64,000 nt of DNA from Flavobacteriales bacterium (GCA_040377305.1 JBEIPA010000022.1:17503-81502), one strand, 5' to 3'. Shown: positions 1-9,093, counted from the stretch's first letter. Numbers and translations are program-made. Notes: a model not told the origin generated them from the sequence alone.

Positions 1-1751
1 TACATGAACACGTACGGCTGATCGTCGTAAATGATTTTCTGCAACTCTTTCTCCATTGGAATGCGAATGCTGTCGTTGGTTTCAATTCTGATTTTGTCAA
101 TCAACGCATCCGCTTTCGGATTAGAATATCCAATGTAATTCGATCCGCCATTCTCCCACGAGGATGAATGCCAAAGCTGTTTGTAATCTTCCGGCTGACT
201 TGACCCCGACCACGCACTGAATATCATGTCGTAATCGTGAGAAGGCAAGCTCGCGAAAAACGTATTCGCATCCATTTCTTTCACGTTGCAAACCAATCCG
301 GCGAGATAGAATGAATTCTTCAAATCGGTTGCCATGTTGGTCATAACTGCATTACCAGCCATGATACGGAACTCAAATTCGAATTTGGTTTTCGTTCCGT
401 TGATCATTTTGTCGCGAACGTTATCTCCGTCTGTGTCTTTCCAACCCGCTTCGTCAAGTAGTTTCTTCGCTGCTTCAACATCGTAGGCAAGTGGTTTGAG
501 ATCACTGTTGTACGCGTCGAGTCGCGTCGGACATACAATGCTGGTCATTCGCAGTGCTTTTCCTTCGAGATAAGCCTCGTTCATTTCATCCGTTGGACAC
601 AACAATGCTATTGCTCGACGAACTTTCTGATCGGTAAAGAAAGGCGTTCTGTTCACCGACTCCGGACGCAAGTTGAATCCAATGTACTGCCAGTCGAAAT
701 TCGGAATGAACGCGGAGTGATAGTTGCGATTAAACGTAGAATCTTTCTGCAACGTAGCAAGACTGCGTGTGCCTATTACACAGCTCACATCAATGTCCTG
801 ATTTTTCAAACCAAGTTCAATCGCAGCTTCCTCATTAATCTGCGTCATGATGAGCTGATCCGGGAAAGAAGCATCACCCAAAGTCTTTGTAGAAAGGTTG
901 AAGGTCCAATGTTGTTTCTTGCGTGTGAGAACCATCTTGGTACGCTCCTGCCATTCGGTGACTTCGTAAGGTCCGAGTCCGTTGAACGTTGTAAAGTCGT
1001 GACCGTATTTCTCGTCGTTGAAATCTTTGCACCACGTTTCTACATCCTTGTGACTTCCTTTTGTGAATTCAGGATTCAGGAAGTCAGCCACTGTGTAGTT
1101 GCGTAGAATGTGTTTTGGGTCATGAAAATCTTCCTCAAGAATCGGAAACGCGGTCCACACAGAAACATTCTGGATGTACTTTTCGCTCATTACCATCTTA
1201 AACTTCAACGGATTGGTCGGGTCTTTCTCAATCGACTTCAGATATTCGAATGCAGGCTTGTACATTGGATTATCGGTAAGCGGACAAGCATTCGCCATCA
1301 GCGTGAAGATCACATCATCTGCAGTGAATGGTTTGCCATCGTCCCAGGTAATTCCGCTCTTCAAAGTGTAGCTGTAGGTCAATCCATCTGCAGATTCGGT
1401 TGGCAAAGACTCACACAAATCGGAAGTAAGCTTGAGTGTTTCGTAATCGAGTCGCACCAGAAAGCGTTGGGTGTAGTCGAACACAACCATTCGTGGCTGA
1501 GAAGCTCCGTTAGTAGGGTGCAAATTGTCAGGTTCGCCTCGCCAGTGAAAAACCACCACGTTTTCTGTAGACCAGTCTGATTCCCATTGAGAAGGTGGTT
1601 CATTCAGGATGAACATCTTCCGGTTGCCCATGCTGTCTTTTGTCTCTGCCGTACTATCCACGAACTGCCCTTGCGGATCTGAACTTCCACACGAAGAGAG
1701 AAATGCAGCACAAATTGTCAGTAGGGAAAAGAATCTGGTAGCCTGAATCAT
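1..1751 (-). CDS. ABC transporter substrate-binding lipoprotein, family 5 (peptide/nickel type); runs off the left edge
   Basis: Not in the ORF track; translated by hand from ATG at 1751: MIQATRFFSLLTICAAFLSSCG (lipobox) ... DLCESLPTESADGLTYSYTLKSGITWDDGKPFTADDVIFTL, the SBP family 5 signature. Confidence 0.88.
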   Translation of the reverse strand, partial: MIQATRFFSLLTICAAFLSSCGSSDPQGQFVDSTAETKDSMGNRKMFILNEPPSQWESDWSTENVVVFHWRGEPDNLHPTNGASQPRMVVFDYTQRFLVRLDYETLKLTSDLCESLPTESADGLTYSYTLKSGITWDDGKPFTADDVIFTLMANACPLTDNPMYKPAFEYLKSIEKDPTNPLKFKMVMSEKYIQNVSVWTAFPILEEDFHDPKHILRNYTVADFLNPEFTKGSHKDVETWCKDFNDEKYGHDFTTFNGLGPYEVTEWQERTKMVLTRKKQHWTFNLSTKTLGDASFPDQLIMTQINEEAAIELGLKNQDIDVSCVIGTRSLATLQKDSTFNRNYHSAFIPNFDWQYIGFNLRPESVNRTPFFTDQKVRRAIALLCPTDEMNEAYLEGKALRMTSIVCPTRLDAYNSDLKPLAYDVEAAKKLLDEAGWKDTDGDNVRDKMINGTKTKFEFEFRIMAGNAVMTNMATDLKNSFYLAGLVCNVKEMDANTFFASLPSHDYDMIFSAWSGSSQPEDYKQLWHSSSWENGGSNYIGYSNPKADALIDKIRIETNDSIRIPMEKELQKIIYDDQPYVFM

Positions 1752-1904
1752 AGTTTGCACGTTGTTACACAAATATAGTGCTGGCGCTGCTTAGTAGGTC
1801 TGAAATAGGTCATATTACCGGTACTTAAAAACCATGCAAATGATACTGCGAAAAATCGGAAAAAGTTATAAATTTGCAGCCCTGTTAAAGGTCAAGACGC
1901 ATCC

Positions 1905-1994
1905 GGTGAGGTGGGTGAGAGGCCGATACCAGTAGTTTGCTAAACTGCCGTACGATGTAAAGTTGTACCGAGGGTTCGAATCCCTCCCTCACCG
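1905..1994 (+). tRNA. tRNA-Ser (anticodon GCT)
   Basis: Acceptor stem GGTGAGG/CCTCACC, anticodon arm GTAGT-TTGCTAA-ACTGC, long variable arm, T-arm GAGGGTTCGAATCCCTC, discriminator G. CCA not encoded. TAAATTTG promoter element upstream (~1869-1876). Confidence 0.96.
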
Positions 1995-2138
1995 CAACAC
2001 AATTCTCTAATGCCGCTAGCGATAGCGGCATTTTTTATTTGTTCGGACGGAGTCCGAACTTGTTCGAGCGAACGTTCGAGCAAATAAAAAATGAGAGCCT
2101 GCTTTTTCGCAGACGGCGGCATTAGAGAATTGTGTTGC
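1994..2138. repeat. MITE-like nested inverted-repeat element with 23-bp perfect terminal IRs
   Basis: GCAACACAATTCTCTAATGCCGC (1994-2016) is the exact reverse complement of 2116-2138. Inner 13-bp IR 2029-2041/2081-2093. Contains a terminator-like hairpin AATGCCGCTA-GCGA-TAGCGGCATT followed by Ts. Confidence 0.8.
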
Positions 2139-2178
2139 AGGACCACCATCCGGGATCAACGCAGTTAATCCCTCTTAC

Positions 2179-2220
2179 CTTGAACCTGGAACCTGAAACT
2201 GGGAACCTAGAACTGGGAAC
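2179..2220. repeat. Degenerate heptamer tandem array (NNNGAAC x6)
   Basis: cttgaac ctggaac ctgaaac tgggaac ctagaac tgggaac, followed by TATATTTG at 2223-2230. Confidence 0.75.
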
Positions 2221-2233
2221 CGTATATTTGATC

Positions 2234-2998
2234 ATGCGTATCACATTCCTCGGCACCGGTACTTCAATGGGCGTTCCTGTTATCGGATGCGGCTGTGAAG
2301 TGTGTACGTCGACAGATCCACAAGACAATCGCTTACGTTGTTCTGTTCTCGTTGAACACAACAACCGGAAAATTGTAATCGACACCGGACCCGATTTTCG
2401 CCAGCAGATTCTTCGCGTAGGAGTGAAGCATCTCGACGCTGTTGTGTTTACACACGAGCACAAAGATCACATGGCCGGACTGGATGAAGTCCGTGCCTTC
2501 AATTTCTTCAACCAGGGCAAAGAAGTTCCCGTGTATGCAACTGAACATGTGCAACGCGCAATTCGCAGAGAGTACGCGTACATTTTCGAAACGCCTGCTT
2601 ATCCCGGGATTCCGAAAATCGATATTCGCACCATAGACGTTGCACCATTCAACGCAGAAGGAATCGAGCTGATACCGATCAAAGTATATCACCACTTACT
2701 TCCCGTTCTCGGTTTTCGAATGGGTGGATTCGTTTACATCACCGATGCGAATCGAATTGACGAAGAAGAAAGAAAAAAAGTCCGCGGCTGCGATGTACTC
2801 GTGTTAAACGCATTGCGTCGCGAGCCGCACATTTCTCATTTCACACTGCAGGAAGCAATCGATCTGGTTGCCGATCTCAAACCGAAGCAAGCGTACTTCA
2901 CGCACATCAGTCACCAGATGGGAAAACACGAAGATGTGGAAGCTGAGTTGCCGGAGAATATCCGGGTTGCGTATGATGGAATGCAAGTAAATCTTTAA
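2234..2998 (+). CDS. MBL-fold metallo-hydrolase (PhnP-like phosphodiesterase)
   Basis: MRITFLGTGTSMGVPVIGCGC, IDTGPDFRQQ, THEHKDH metal motif, THISH. Start moved to ATG 2234 because the ORF-track extension crosses repeat DNA. Confidence 0.92.
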   Translation: MRITFLGTGTSMGVPVIGCGCEVCTSTDPQDNRLRCSVLVEHNNRKIVIDTGPDFRQQILRVGVKHLDAVVFTHEHKDHMAGLDEVRAFNFFNQGKEVPVYATEHVQRAIRREYAYIFETPAYPGIPKIDIRTIDVAPFNAEGIELIPIKVYHHLLPVLGFRMGGFVYITDANRIDEEERKKVRGCDVLVLNALRREPHISHFTLQEAIDLVADLKPKQAYFTHISHQMGKHEDVEAELPENIRVAYDGMQVNL

Positions 2999-3013
2999 TT
3001 AATCCATATAAAA

Positions 3014-6000
3014 GTGAAGAGGATGTTAAGACAGTTTTTTTTGGTTATAACGGCAATTGTCATTGGTTCAGTTCAAATGAATGCGCAAGCACAGTTTTGG
3101 GGAACTACTTCGAAAGGCGGGGAGTACGGTGCCGGAACAATATTCAGAACGGATGGGACAGGAAACAATCCTGTCGTGTCGCATTCGTTTTTCCAGATCG
3201 AAGGTCATCAGCCTCATTATGCTAAACTGTTAGAAGGTACAGATGGAAAGTTGTACGGCGTCACCAACTACAAAGGGAAATTTGATTTGGGTGTACTCTA
3301 TCAGTATGATCCCGTAACCGGGGTATATGTAAACAAATTTGACTTCGACGGTGTGTTGAACGGGGCTCATCCTCAAGGTTCGTTGATGCAGGCTACGGAT
3401 GGTTTAATTTATGGTATGACTTGGGGCGGCGGAAGTTTTGGATTAGGCGTCCTTTTTCGTTTTGACCCTGTAACCGGAATCTTCACAAAACTTATTGATT
3501 TCAGTGGAACGGCAAATGGTGCAAATCCAAGAGGCCACTTGCTACAGGCTTCCGATGGAATGATGTATGGCGTAACTCAGGGTGGGGGGACAGTAGGCGC
3601 AGGCGTTCTGTTCAGATTTAATCCAGTTACCGCAGTATTGACTGTCCAAACGAATTTTATGGGAATTTCAAATGGATCTCAACCACTCAGCGGATTGATT
3701 CAGGCTCTCGATGGAATGTTATACGGTGTTACATGCAACGGAGGCACCTACAACGACGGAGTGCTTTTTCAGTTTAATCCCGTTACCAGCGTGTATTTTA
3801 AGATGAGAGATTTTGCGGCACCAAGTCATGGAGAGGCACCCCAGGCTACGTTGGTACAGCTGCCCAATGGAAGGTTTTACGGAACGGCAACAACGGGTGG
3901 CGGATTGGGCTCAGGTTGTATCTATGAATTTAGTCTTGTAGATTCTTCTATCACTATCAGGGCAAACTTCACGAGCGGGTTGAACGGAAGTGGTCCTAAA
4001 ACAGCTTTGCTTTTAGCAAGCGATGGTATGATGTATGGAACTGCCGTTTCGGGAGGCTTAGGGGCACAGGGAACACTCTTCCGTTTTGACCCGACGACAT
4101 TTGCACTTACAAACTTGAGGAACTTCACTACCGGTGCATCGGGTTGCGGACCGTATGGATACTTGATGCAGGCAACAAATGGATTGTTGTATGGACTCAC
4201 AGTCGATGGAGGAAGCGTACTCAATCATAATGGAGTGATGTATTCTTATAATATCTCAACTTCGACGTACACCAAAATCCTGGATTTCGGCCAGGCTCCC
4301 ACCGGCAATTCTCCGGAGCGTGGATTGATGACAGCGTCGAACGGAAAATTTTATGGAATGGCGCGACTTGGCGGAAGGTTCTATAATCACGGTGTAATTT
4401 ATGAGTACGATGCAGCCACAAATGTATTTGATACCATCAAAAATTTTGACGATGTGCTTTCGGGCAGGGATCCCCAAGGTCTGCTAACAGAATCGTACGA
4501 CGGATTTTTGTACGGTGTAACGCGACAAGGAGGTGTAAATAGTTTTGGTGTTTTGTTTCAGATTGATCCGGTAACGCACGCATTCGTCAAGAAACACGAC
4601 TTTTCAGCTTCAACGGGCATTGCACCTTCTGGTTCTCTTGTAGTAGGTGCGGATAACTTGCTTTACGGTGTTGCGGGATCCGGAGGTGCAAACAATCAAG
4701 GGGCTCTTTTCCGTTATGATCCGGCTACTTCAGTTTATTCGCTTATATACAGTTTCAGTACTGCAGTATCAGGCCGCGACCCTTTGGGTTCATTGTGTCT
4801 CGCACCAGACGGATTTTTTTATGGAGCAACCAATGGCGGTGGGGCCAATGGCCTCGGAACAATTTACCGCTTCAATCCGATAACACTTGCGCTTACAGTA
4901 GTGTACCATTTCTCTACCGGTTCAGGTGGATATGGGGAAGTAGATCATTTGATCCCATCCCAAAATGGGAAAATGTACGGAATGACTAATTCGGGCGGAC
5001 TGAACAACATGGGTGTCATTTTTAGTTTTAATCCTGTAACGCTTACCTACACTCCGGAATTCCATTTTGACGGCGTTGCTCATGGTGCTTATCCTAATGG
5101 AAGTTTAATGGAAGCTTCGGACAACAATCTTTACGGAATGACCGCGCGCGGAGGAACCTTGGACTACGGAACGATGTTCAGGTTTGACCCTGTGTCCGGA
5201 ATCTGCACGAGATTAACTGACTTCACTGGTCTTAACGGACAATCACCCCGGTTCTCTTCGCTGCTGGAGGCTCCGGTTAATATTCAGTTGAGTGTTAGTG
5301 ATACATTTTATTGTCCGGGCGATACATTCACTATTGGTTATACATTATCCGGCGCATTTAATAGTGGTAACGTCTTCACGGCGCAGTTATCGGATGGCAA
5401 CGGTTCGTTCTTCCAACCAATTACAATCGGAGCAATCACATCCTCTGTTCCCGGAAGCCTCTTGTGTACGTTGCCTGCGAATAGCCTGCACGGAACGGGT
5501 TATCGAATCCGGATTTCATCGTCGACACCTTTACTGAGTGGTGCCGATAACGGATTTGATCTTACCATTTCAAATCCGTTGACAGTAACGGTATCTGATT
5601 CAGTAATTTGTTTAGGCGATACTGCCGGAATATTTGCTTCGGGAATGGATAGCTACTCCTGGTTACCCATAGCATCAACTTCAGATTCGGTGTTCGTTAT
5701 GCCGTCAGTTTACACGCAATACACTTTAACTGCGACGGATTCTTCAACGGGATGCGTATTGCACGATACTGTTGGTATTGTAGTCAATCAGCTGCCTAAT
5801 GTTATGGTAGCTGCTAACGACACCACGTTATGTATTTATGACAGCGTGCTTCTGGTTGGGTCAGGAGCAGACACTTATTTGTGGCCCGCATTTTCTTTTT
5901 CAGGCGATTCGCTGGTGGATGCGCCTGTTGTTACAACAGTTTATCTGCTTCTGGGCACAGATACCAACGGTTGCGTCGATTCTGCGCAGATCTCGGTACA

Positions 6001-7486
6001 GATTCTATCACTTCCGGTGATCAATGTTTCTGCTAGTGACACTTCGCTTTGCCAGGGCCAATCTGTAACTCTCTTTGCATCCGGTGGTCACGACTATTCT
6101 TGGTTACCAGGGAATGACACAACAACGCAAGTGACCGATACATTGTTAACGACTGTGACTTATTCAGTGAGTGGGTCTGATACCATCACGGGTTGTAGTA
6201 GTCTGTCGGTGCTTACAATCGTAGTTTTCAGTATTCCACAGCTAAGCGCAACAATTGATAATGTTGCAGGATGCAACCAGTCTAATGGCAGTCTGACCGG
6301 TGCTGTAATTAACGGAACACCTCCTTATTCAACTGAATGGACTCCAGGTAACGTTACAACGTTGAACTATTCAGGAATCGCTTTTGGAAGTTACGTTTTG
6401 GTAGTGAATGATTCTGTTGGCTGTACAGATACACTTACGATTGCATTAGGGGATTCCTGTGCATTTGTCTGGCCGGGTGATGCGAATGAAGACGGGACTG
6501 CAGACAATCTCGATATTCTTGCCATTGGAATTGCGAACGATTCAACAGGTGTTGCGCGCGTGAATCCAACCACAGTTTGGATTGGACAAGATGCTATTGA
6601 CTGGAATCAGAATTTCGCTTCTGGTGTTAATTTCAAATATGCCGATTGTGATGGAAACGGATTGGTAGAACCTGCCGACACAACTGCGGTTATTCTTAAT
6701 TATGGTCTTACGCACATCATGCGAAGTAGTAATCCAGCGTGGCAGGTGAGCGCACCGGAACTTTCTGTAGTGATTTCTGATGATACAATCGGTTCCGGAA
6801 TGGCAGCATTTATGGACATATACCTGGGATCTGCGTCGACAGTCAGCGATAGCACGTACGGTGTGGCATTCACGATCAACTTCGATCCATATCTTATTGA
6901 TCAAACTTCACTGAATATCGACATGTCGGGTTCATGGATAGATTCACAAGGCAACATGATTGGTGTCCTACTTAATTCAACGCAGTTTCCCGGAACTGCA
7001 CAGATCGGAATTACGCGACTGAATCACACAGATACTTCTGGCTATGGATTTCTATGTAGGATTTATTTCGAAACCACGGATTCATTAACAGGCACGGGGA
7101 CAAGTGCACTTTCGTTTATCAGCCTGAGCAATCCAGTATTGCAGAGTAGTTCTCAGATTTTGCTGCCGGTTAATGCGGCACTTGATTCGATGTTTATTAT
7201 CGATAGCTTAGTCTATGTTGGTGTTCCTGAAACGAACTTGCCCTCAGTAAACATCTATCCTAACCCTACATCTGGAGAATCATTCGTGGTTTTCCCTTCG
7301 GAATACAATGGACAGCAGCTACAGCTCAAGATATATGATCCTTCAGGTCGGGTTGTATTTGCGAATTCAGTGATTGCTGGTCAATCCAACGTGCTTTTCG
7401 CTGATGGATTTGCTTCAGGTATTTATCTCGTAGAAGCTGTTTTTTCAGACAATACACGGGCAGTTGTGCGATGGATCATCGAATAA
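3014..7486 (+). CDS. Large T9SS-secreted protein: 14 GloVer-type beta-propeller repeats, Ig/SprB-like repeats, dockerin-like and cohesin-like modules, type A CTD
   Basis: Signal peptide; 14 units of DGxLYGxTxxGG...GVLFxFDP; VWPGDANEDG...ADCDGNG Ca-binding pair; C-terminal IYPNPT...SGIYLV. Confidence 0.85.
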   Translation: MKRMLRQFFLVITAIVIGSVQMNAQAQFWGTTSKGGEYGAGTIFRTDGTGNNPVVSHSFFQIEGHQPHYAKLLEGTDGKLYGVTNYKGKFDLGVLYQYDPVTGVYVNKFDFDGVLNGAHPQGSLMQATDGLIYGMTWGGGSFGLGVLFRFDPVTGIFTKLIDFSGTANGANPRGHLLQASDGMMYGVTQGGGTVGAGVLFRFNPVTAVLTVQTNFMGISNGSQPLSGLIQALDGMLYGVTCNGGTYNDGVLFQFNPVTSVYFKMRDFAAPSHGEAPQATLVQLPNGRFYGTATTGGGLGSGCIYEFSLVDSSITIRANFTSGLNGSGPKTALLLASDGMMYGTAVSGGLGAQGTLFRFDPTTFALTNLRNFTTGASGCGPYGYLMQATNGLLYGLTVDGGSVLNHNGVMYSYNISTSTYTKILDFGQAPTGNSPERGLMTASNGKFYGMARLGGRFYNHGVIYEYDAATNVFDTIKNFDDVLSGRDPQGLLTESYDGFLYGVTRQGGVNSFGVLFQIDPVTHAFVKKHDFSASTGIAPSGSLVVGADNLLYGVAGSGGANNQGALFRYDPATSVYSLIYSFSTAVSGRDPLGSLCLAPDGFFYGATNGGGANGLGTIYRFNPITLALTVVYHFSTGSGGYGEVDHLIPSQNGKMYGMTNSGGLNNMGVIFSFNPVTLTYTPEFHFDGVAHGAYPNGSLMEASDNNLYGMTARGGTLDYGTMFRFDPVSGICTRLTDFTGLNGQSPRFSSLLEAPVNIQLSVSDTFYCPGDTFTIGYTLSGAFNSGNVFTAQLSDGNGSFFQPITIGAITSSVPGSLLCTLPANSLHGTGYRIRISSSTPLLSGADNGFDLTISNPLTVTVSDSVICLGDTAGIFASGMDSYSWLPIASTSDSVFVMPSVYTQYTLTATDSSTGCVLHDTVGIVVNQLPNVMVAANDTTLCIYDSVLLVGSGADTYLWPAFSFSGDSLVDAPVVTTVYLLLGTDTNGCVDSAQISVQILSLPVINVSASDTSLCQGQSVTLFASGGHDYSWLPGNDTTTQVTDTLLTTVTYSVSGSDTITGCSSLSVLTIVVFSIPQLSATIDNVAGCNQSNGSLTGAVINGTPPYSTEWTPGNVTTLNYSGIAFGSYVLVVNDSVGCTDTLTIALGDSCAFVWPGDANEDGTADNLDILAIGIANDSTGVARVNPTTVWIGQDAIDWNQNFASGVNFKYADCDGNGLVEPADTTAVILNYGLTHIMRSSNPAWQVSAPELSVVISDDTIGSGMAAFMDIYLGSASTVSDSTYGVAFTINFDPYLIDQTSLNIDMSGSWIDSQGNMIGVLLNSTQFPGTAQIGITRLNHTDTSGYGFLCRIYFETTDSLTGTGTSALSFISLSNPVLQSSSQILLPVNAALDSMFIIDSLVYVGVPETNLPSVNIYPNPTSGESFVVFPSEYNGQQLQLKIYDPSGRVVFANSVIAGQSNVLFADGFASGIYLVEAVFSDNTRAVVRWIIE

Positions 7487-7503
7487 CAATAGTAGAAGTA
7501 AAG

Positions 7504-7764
7504 CACCGATGCGAATCGAATTGACGAGGAAGAAAGAAAAAAGTTCGCGGCTGCGATGTACTCGTGTTAAACGCATTGCGCCGCGAGCCTCACATTTCTC
7601 ATTTCACACTGCAGGAAGCAATCGATCTTGTGGCCGATCTCAAACCGAAGCAAGCGTACTTCACGCACATCAGTCACCAGATGGGAAAACATGCCGACGT
7701 TTCAAAAGAACTTCCTTCCAATATTTTCCTTGCACACGATGGATTAACCATTGAAGTGAACTGA
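7504..7764 (+). pseudogene. Orphan second copy of the 3' end of the MBL hydrolase gene
   Basis: About 190 bp nearly identical to 2740-2930, with a 1-nt deletion in an A run, then an alternative C-terminus ADVSKELPSNIFLAHDGLTIEVN*. Confidence 0.9.
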
Positions 7765-7784
7765 AAACTGAAAATCAGAAGGTG

Positions 7785-8165
7785 TTAAAGTACCTTGGAC
7801 AGAAATTCGTTCAGTTCATGACGGATTGCATTGAAATTCGTCTCGAAAGAGTTCATCGATTCGCGCATCTTAGGATGATCATTCACCTTACGAACGCCTG
7901 CTGAAACCGGATTTTCTTCTACGCGGTTTTGCAGGTAATTGTCATGGTCTTTTACCGTGTGGCGTAATTCGTCAATGTTGTTCTTCTGAACAATCATTGA
8001 ATTCTGAAAATGCTCTACCTGTGCAAGAGTTTCCTTTGCTGTGTTTTTTGATGCAACATCTGCAATCCTCTTATTCATGATGTTAATTTCATCCGCATAA
8101 AAGTCAAGTCGCTTCTGCCAATCGGTATGTTCTGCGTGCAATTCGTCGATAGTCTTGGTGTCCAT
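7785..8165 (-). CDS. Conserved hypothetical helical protein
   Basis: 126-aa clean ORF, LHAEHTDWQKRLDFYADEI...VEHFQN, genome-like codon usage. Confidence 0.75.
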   Translation of the reverse strand: MDTKTIDELHAEHTDWQKRLDFYADEINIMNKRIADVASKNTAKETLAQVEHFQNSMIVQKNNIDELRHTVKDHDNYLQNRVEENPVSAGVRKVNDHPKMRESMNSFETNFNAIRHELNEFLSKVL

Positions 8166-8277
8166 AGTACCTTTTTTGATTTGTTTATAGTGCTAAAGTG
8201 CAGACAATGTCGCACGACGAACATGACGGAAATCCTGACTAATCCTGATTCTTGTCACAAGCCGGAAATGTTGGGGC

Positions 8278-8308
8278 AAAAAAAATCCCCTCGCAAAGCG
8301 AAGGGATT
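8278..8308 (-). terminator. Intrinsic terminator after ssb
   Basis: AATCCCCTCGC-AAA-GCGAAGGGATT hairpin with an A run on the plus strand (U tail on minus). Confidence 0.7.
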
Positions 8309-8335
8309 CCAAAACCATGACACTTGACTACGTTT

Positions 8336-8668
8336 CTAAGCGGCTTCGTCCATCAGCACAATGTCGTTCACCACGATTTCTGTGTTGGTGCGTTTCTGTC
8401 CGAGTTTGTCAACCCATGAACGCTGCATGAGTCGTCCGCTTACACCTACTTTTCTTCCTTTCTGAAGATATTGTTCAACCACGTCCGCTTGTTTTTCCCA
8501 CGCAACCATGTTAAACCAGTGCACGTTGCTTTGTTTTTGTCCTTCCATGCTGGTTGTGTACGAAACGTGAGCGAGTGAGAACCGCGCTACTTTCTTTCCT
8601 GTTGTTGTTGCTTTTACTTCCGGATTCATTCCGAGTTTCCCGATGATCTGTACGTTGTTCGCTTGCAT
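8336..8668 (-). CDS. ssb: Single-stranded DNA-binding protein (short form)
   Basis: NNVQIIGKLGMNPEV...HWFNMVAWEKQA...LQKGRKVGVSGRL...TEIVV OB fold; no acidic C-terminal tail. Confidence 0.9.
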   Translation of the reverse strand: MQANNVQIIGKLGMNPEVKATTTGKKVARFSLAHVSYTTSMEGQKQSNVHWFNMVAWEKQADVVEQYLQKGRKVGVSGRLMQRSWVDKLGQKRTNTEIVVNDIVLMDEAA

Positions 8669-8790
8669 CTTGATAAATTTTAAAATGGTTTAAAAATGAA
8701 ATTGTTACTGTCGCAGCCTTCCTGCCCGCCGTTTGGCATTCAGGCGGGGTTGACTTGAACGACGGTGCAAAGATGTGGCGGAAGATTCGA

Positions 8791-8850
8791 GCTAGTCGGG
8801 TGTTAAACGTTTGTAGTCGGATGTAAATGTTTGTAAACGTTTGTAAACGG
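8791..8850. promoter_or_regulatory. Six 10-bp phased direct repeats upstream of ssb
   Basis: gctagtcggg tgttaaacgt ttgtagtcgg atgtaaatgt ttgtaaacgt ttgtaaacgg. Confidence 0.55.
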
Positions 8851-8959
8851 ATATAGTGCTGAAATACAGTGTTATATGGACTATTAGTAATTTCTTCAAA
8901 ATTTGAATAATCACCTTTTACTGAGTTTCTCTGCGCAAAATGTCGGCCGGAATCCGCAA

Positions 8960-9078
8960 AAAAACACCCTGCAGGAGTTAAACGCTTGCAGGGTTAAGTA
9001 AGAAAAACACCCTGCAGGAGTTAAACGCTTGCAGGGTTAAGTGAGAAAAACACCCTGCAGGAGTTAAACGCTGGGTTA
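8960..9078. repeat. Three tandem 43-bp REP-like palindromic units
   Basis: CACCCTGCAGGAGTTAAACGCTTGCAGGGT begins at 8965, 9008 and 9051; the third copy is truncated. Confidence 0.9.
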
Positions 9079-9093
9079 TAAAATCCTGTTGCA

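Noticed and set aside
717-1603. Short ORFs in the track at 717-1603
   Set aside because: Shadow frames of the minus-strand ABC substrate-binding gene.
1905-1994. tRNA as attachment site of a genomic island
   Set aside because: I found no duplicated tRNA 3' end and no integrase in the window.
2740-7693. DGR template/variable repeat pair
   Set aside because: Differences are synonymous and not adenine-specific; no reverse transcriptase in the window.
8960-9078. Possible CRISPR array
   Set aside because: The sequence between palindromes is only ~13 bp and nearly identical between units, so there are no unique spacers; no cas genes are present.
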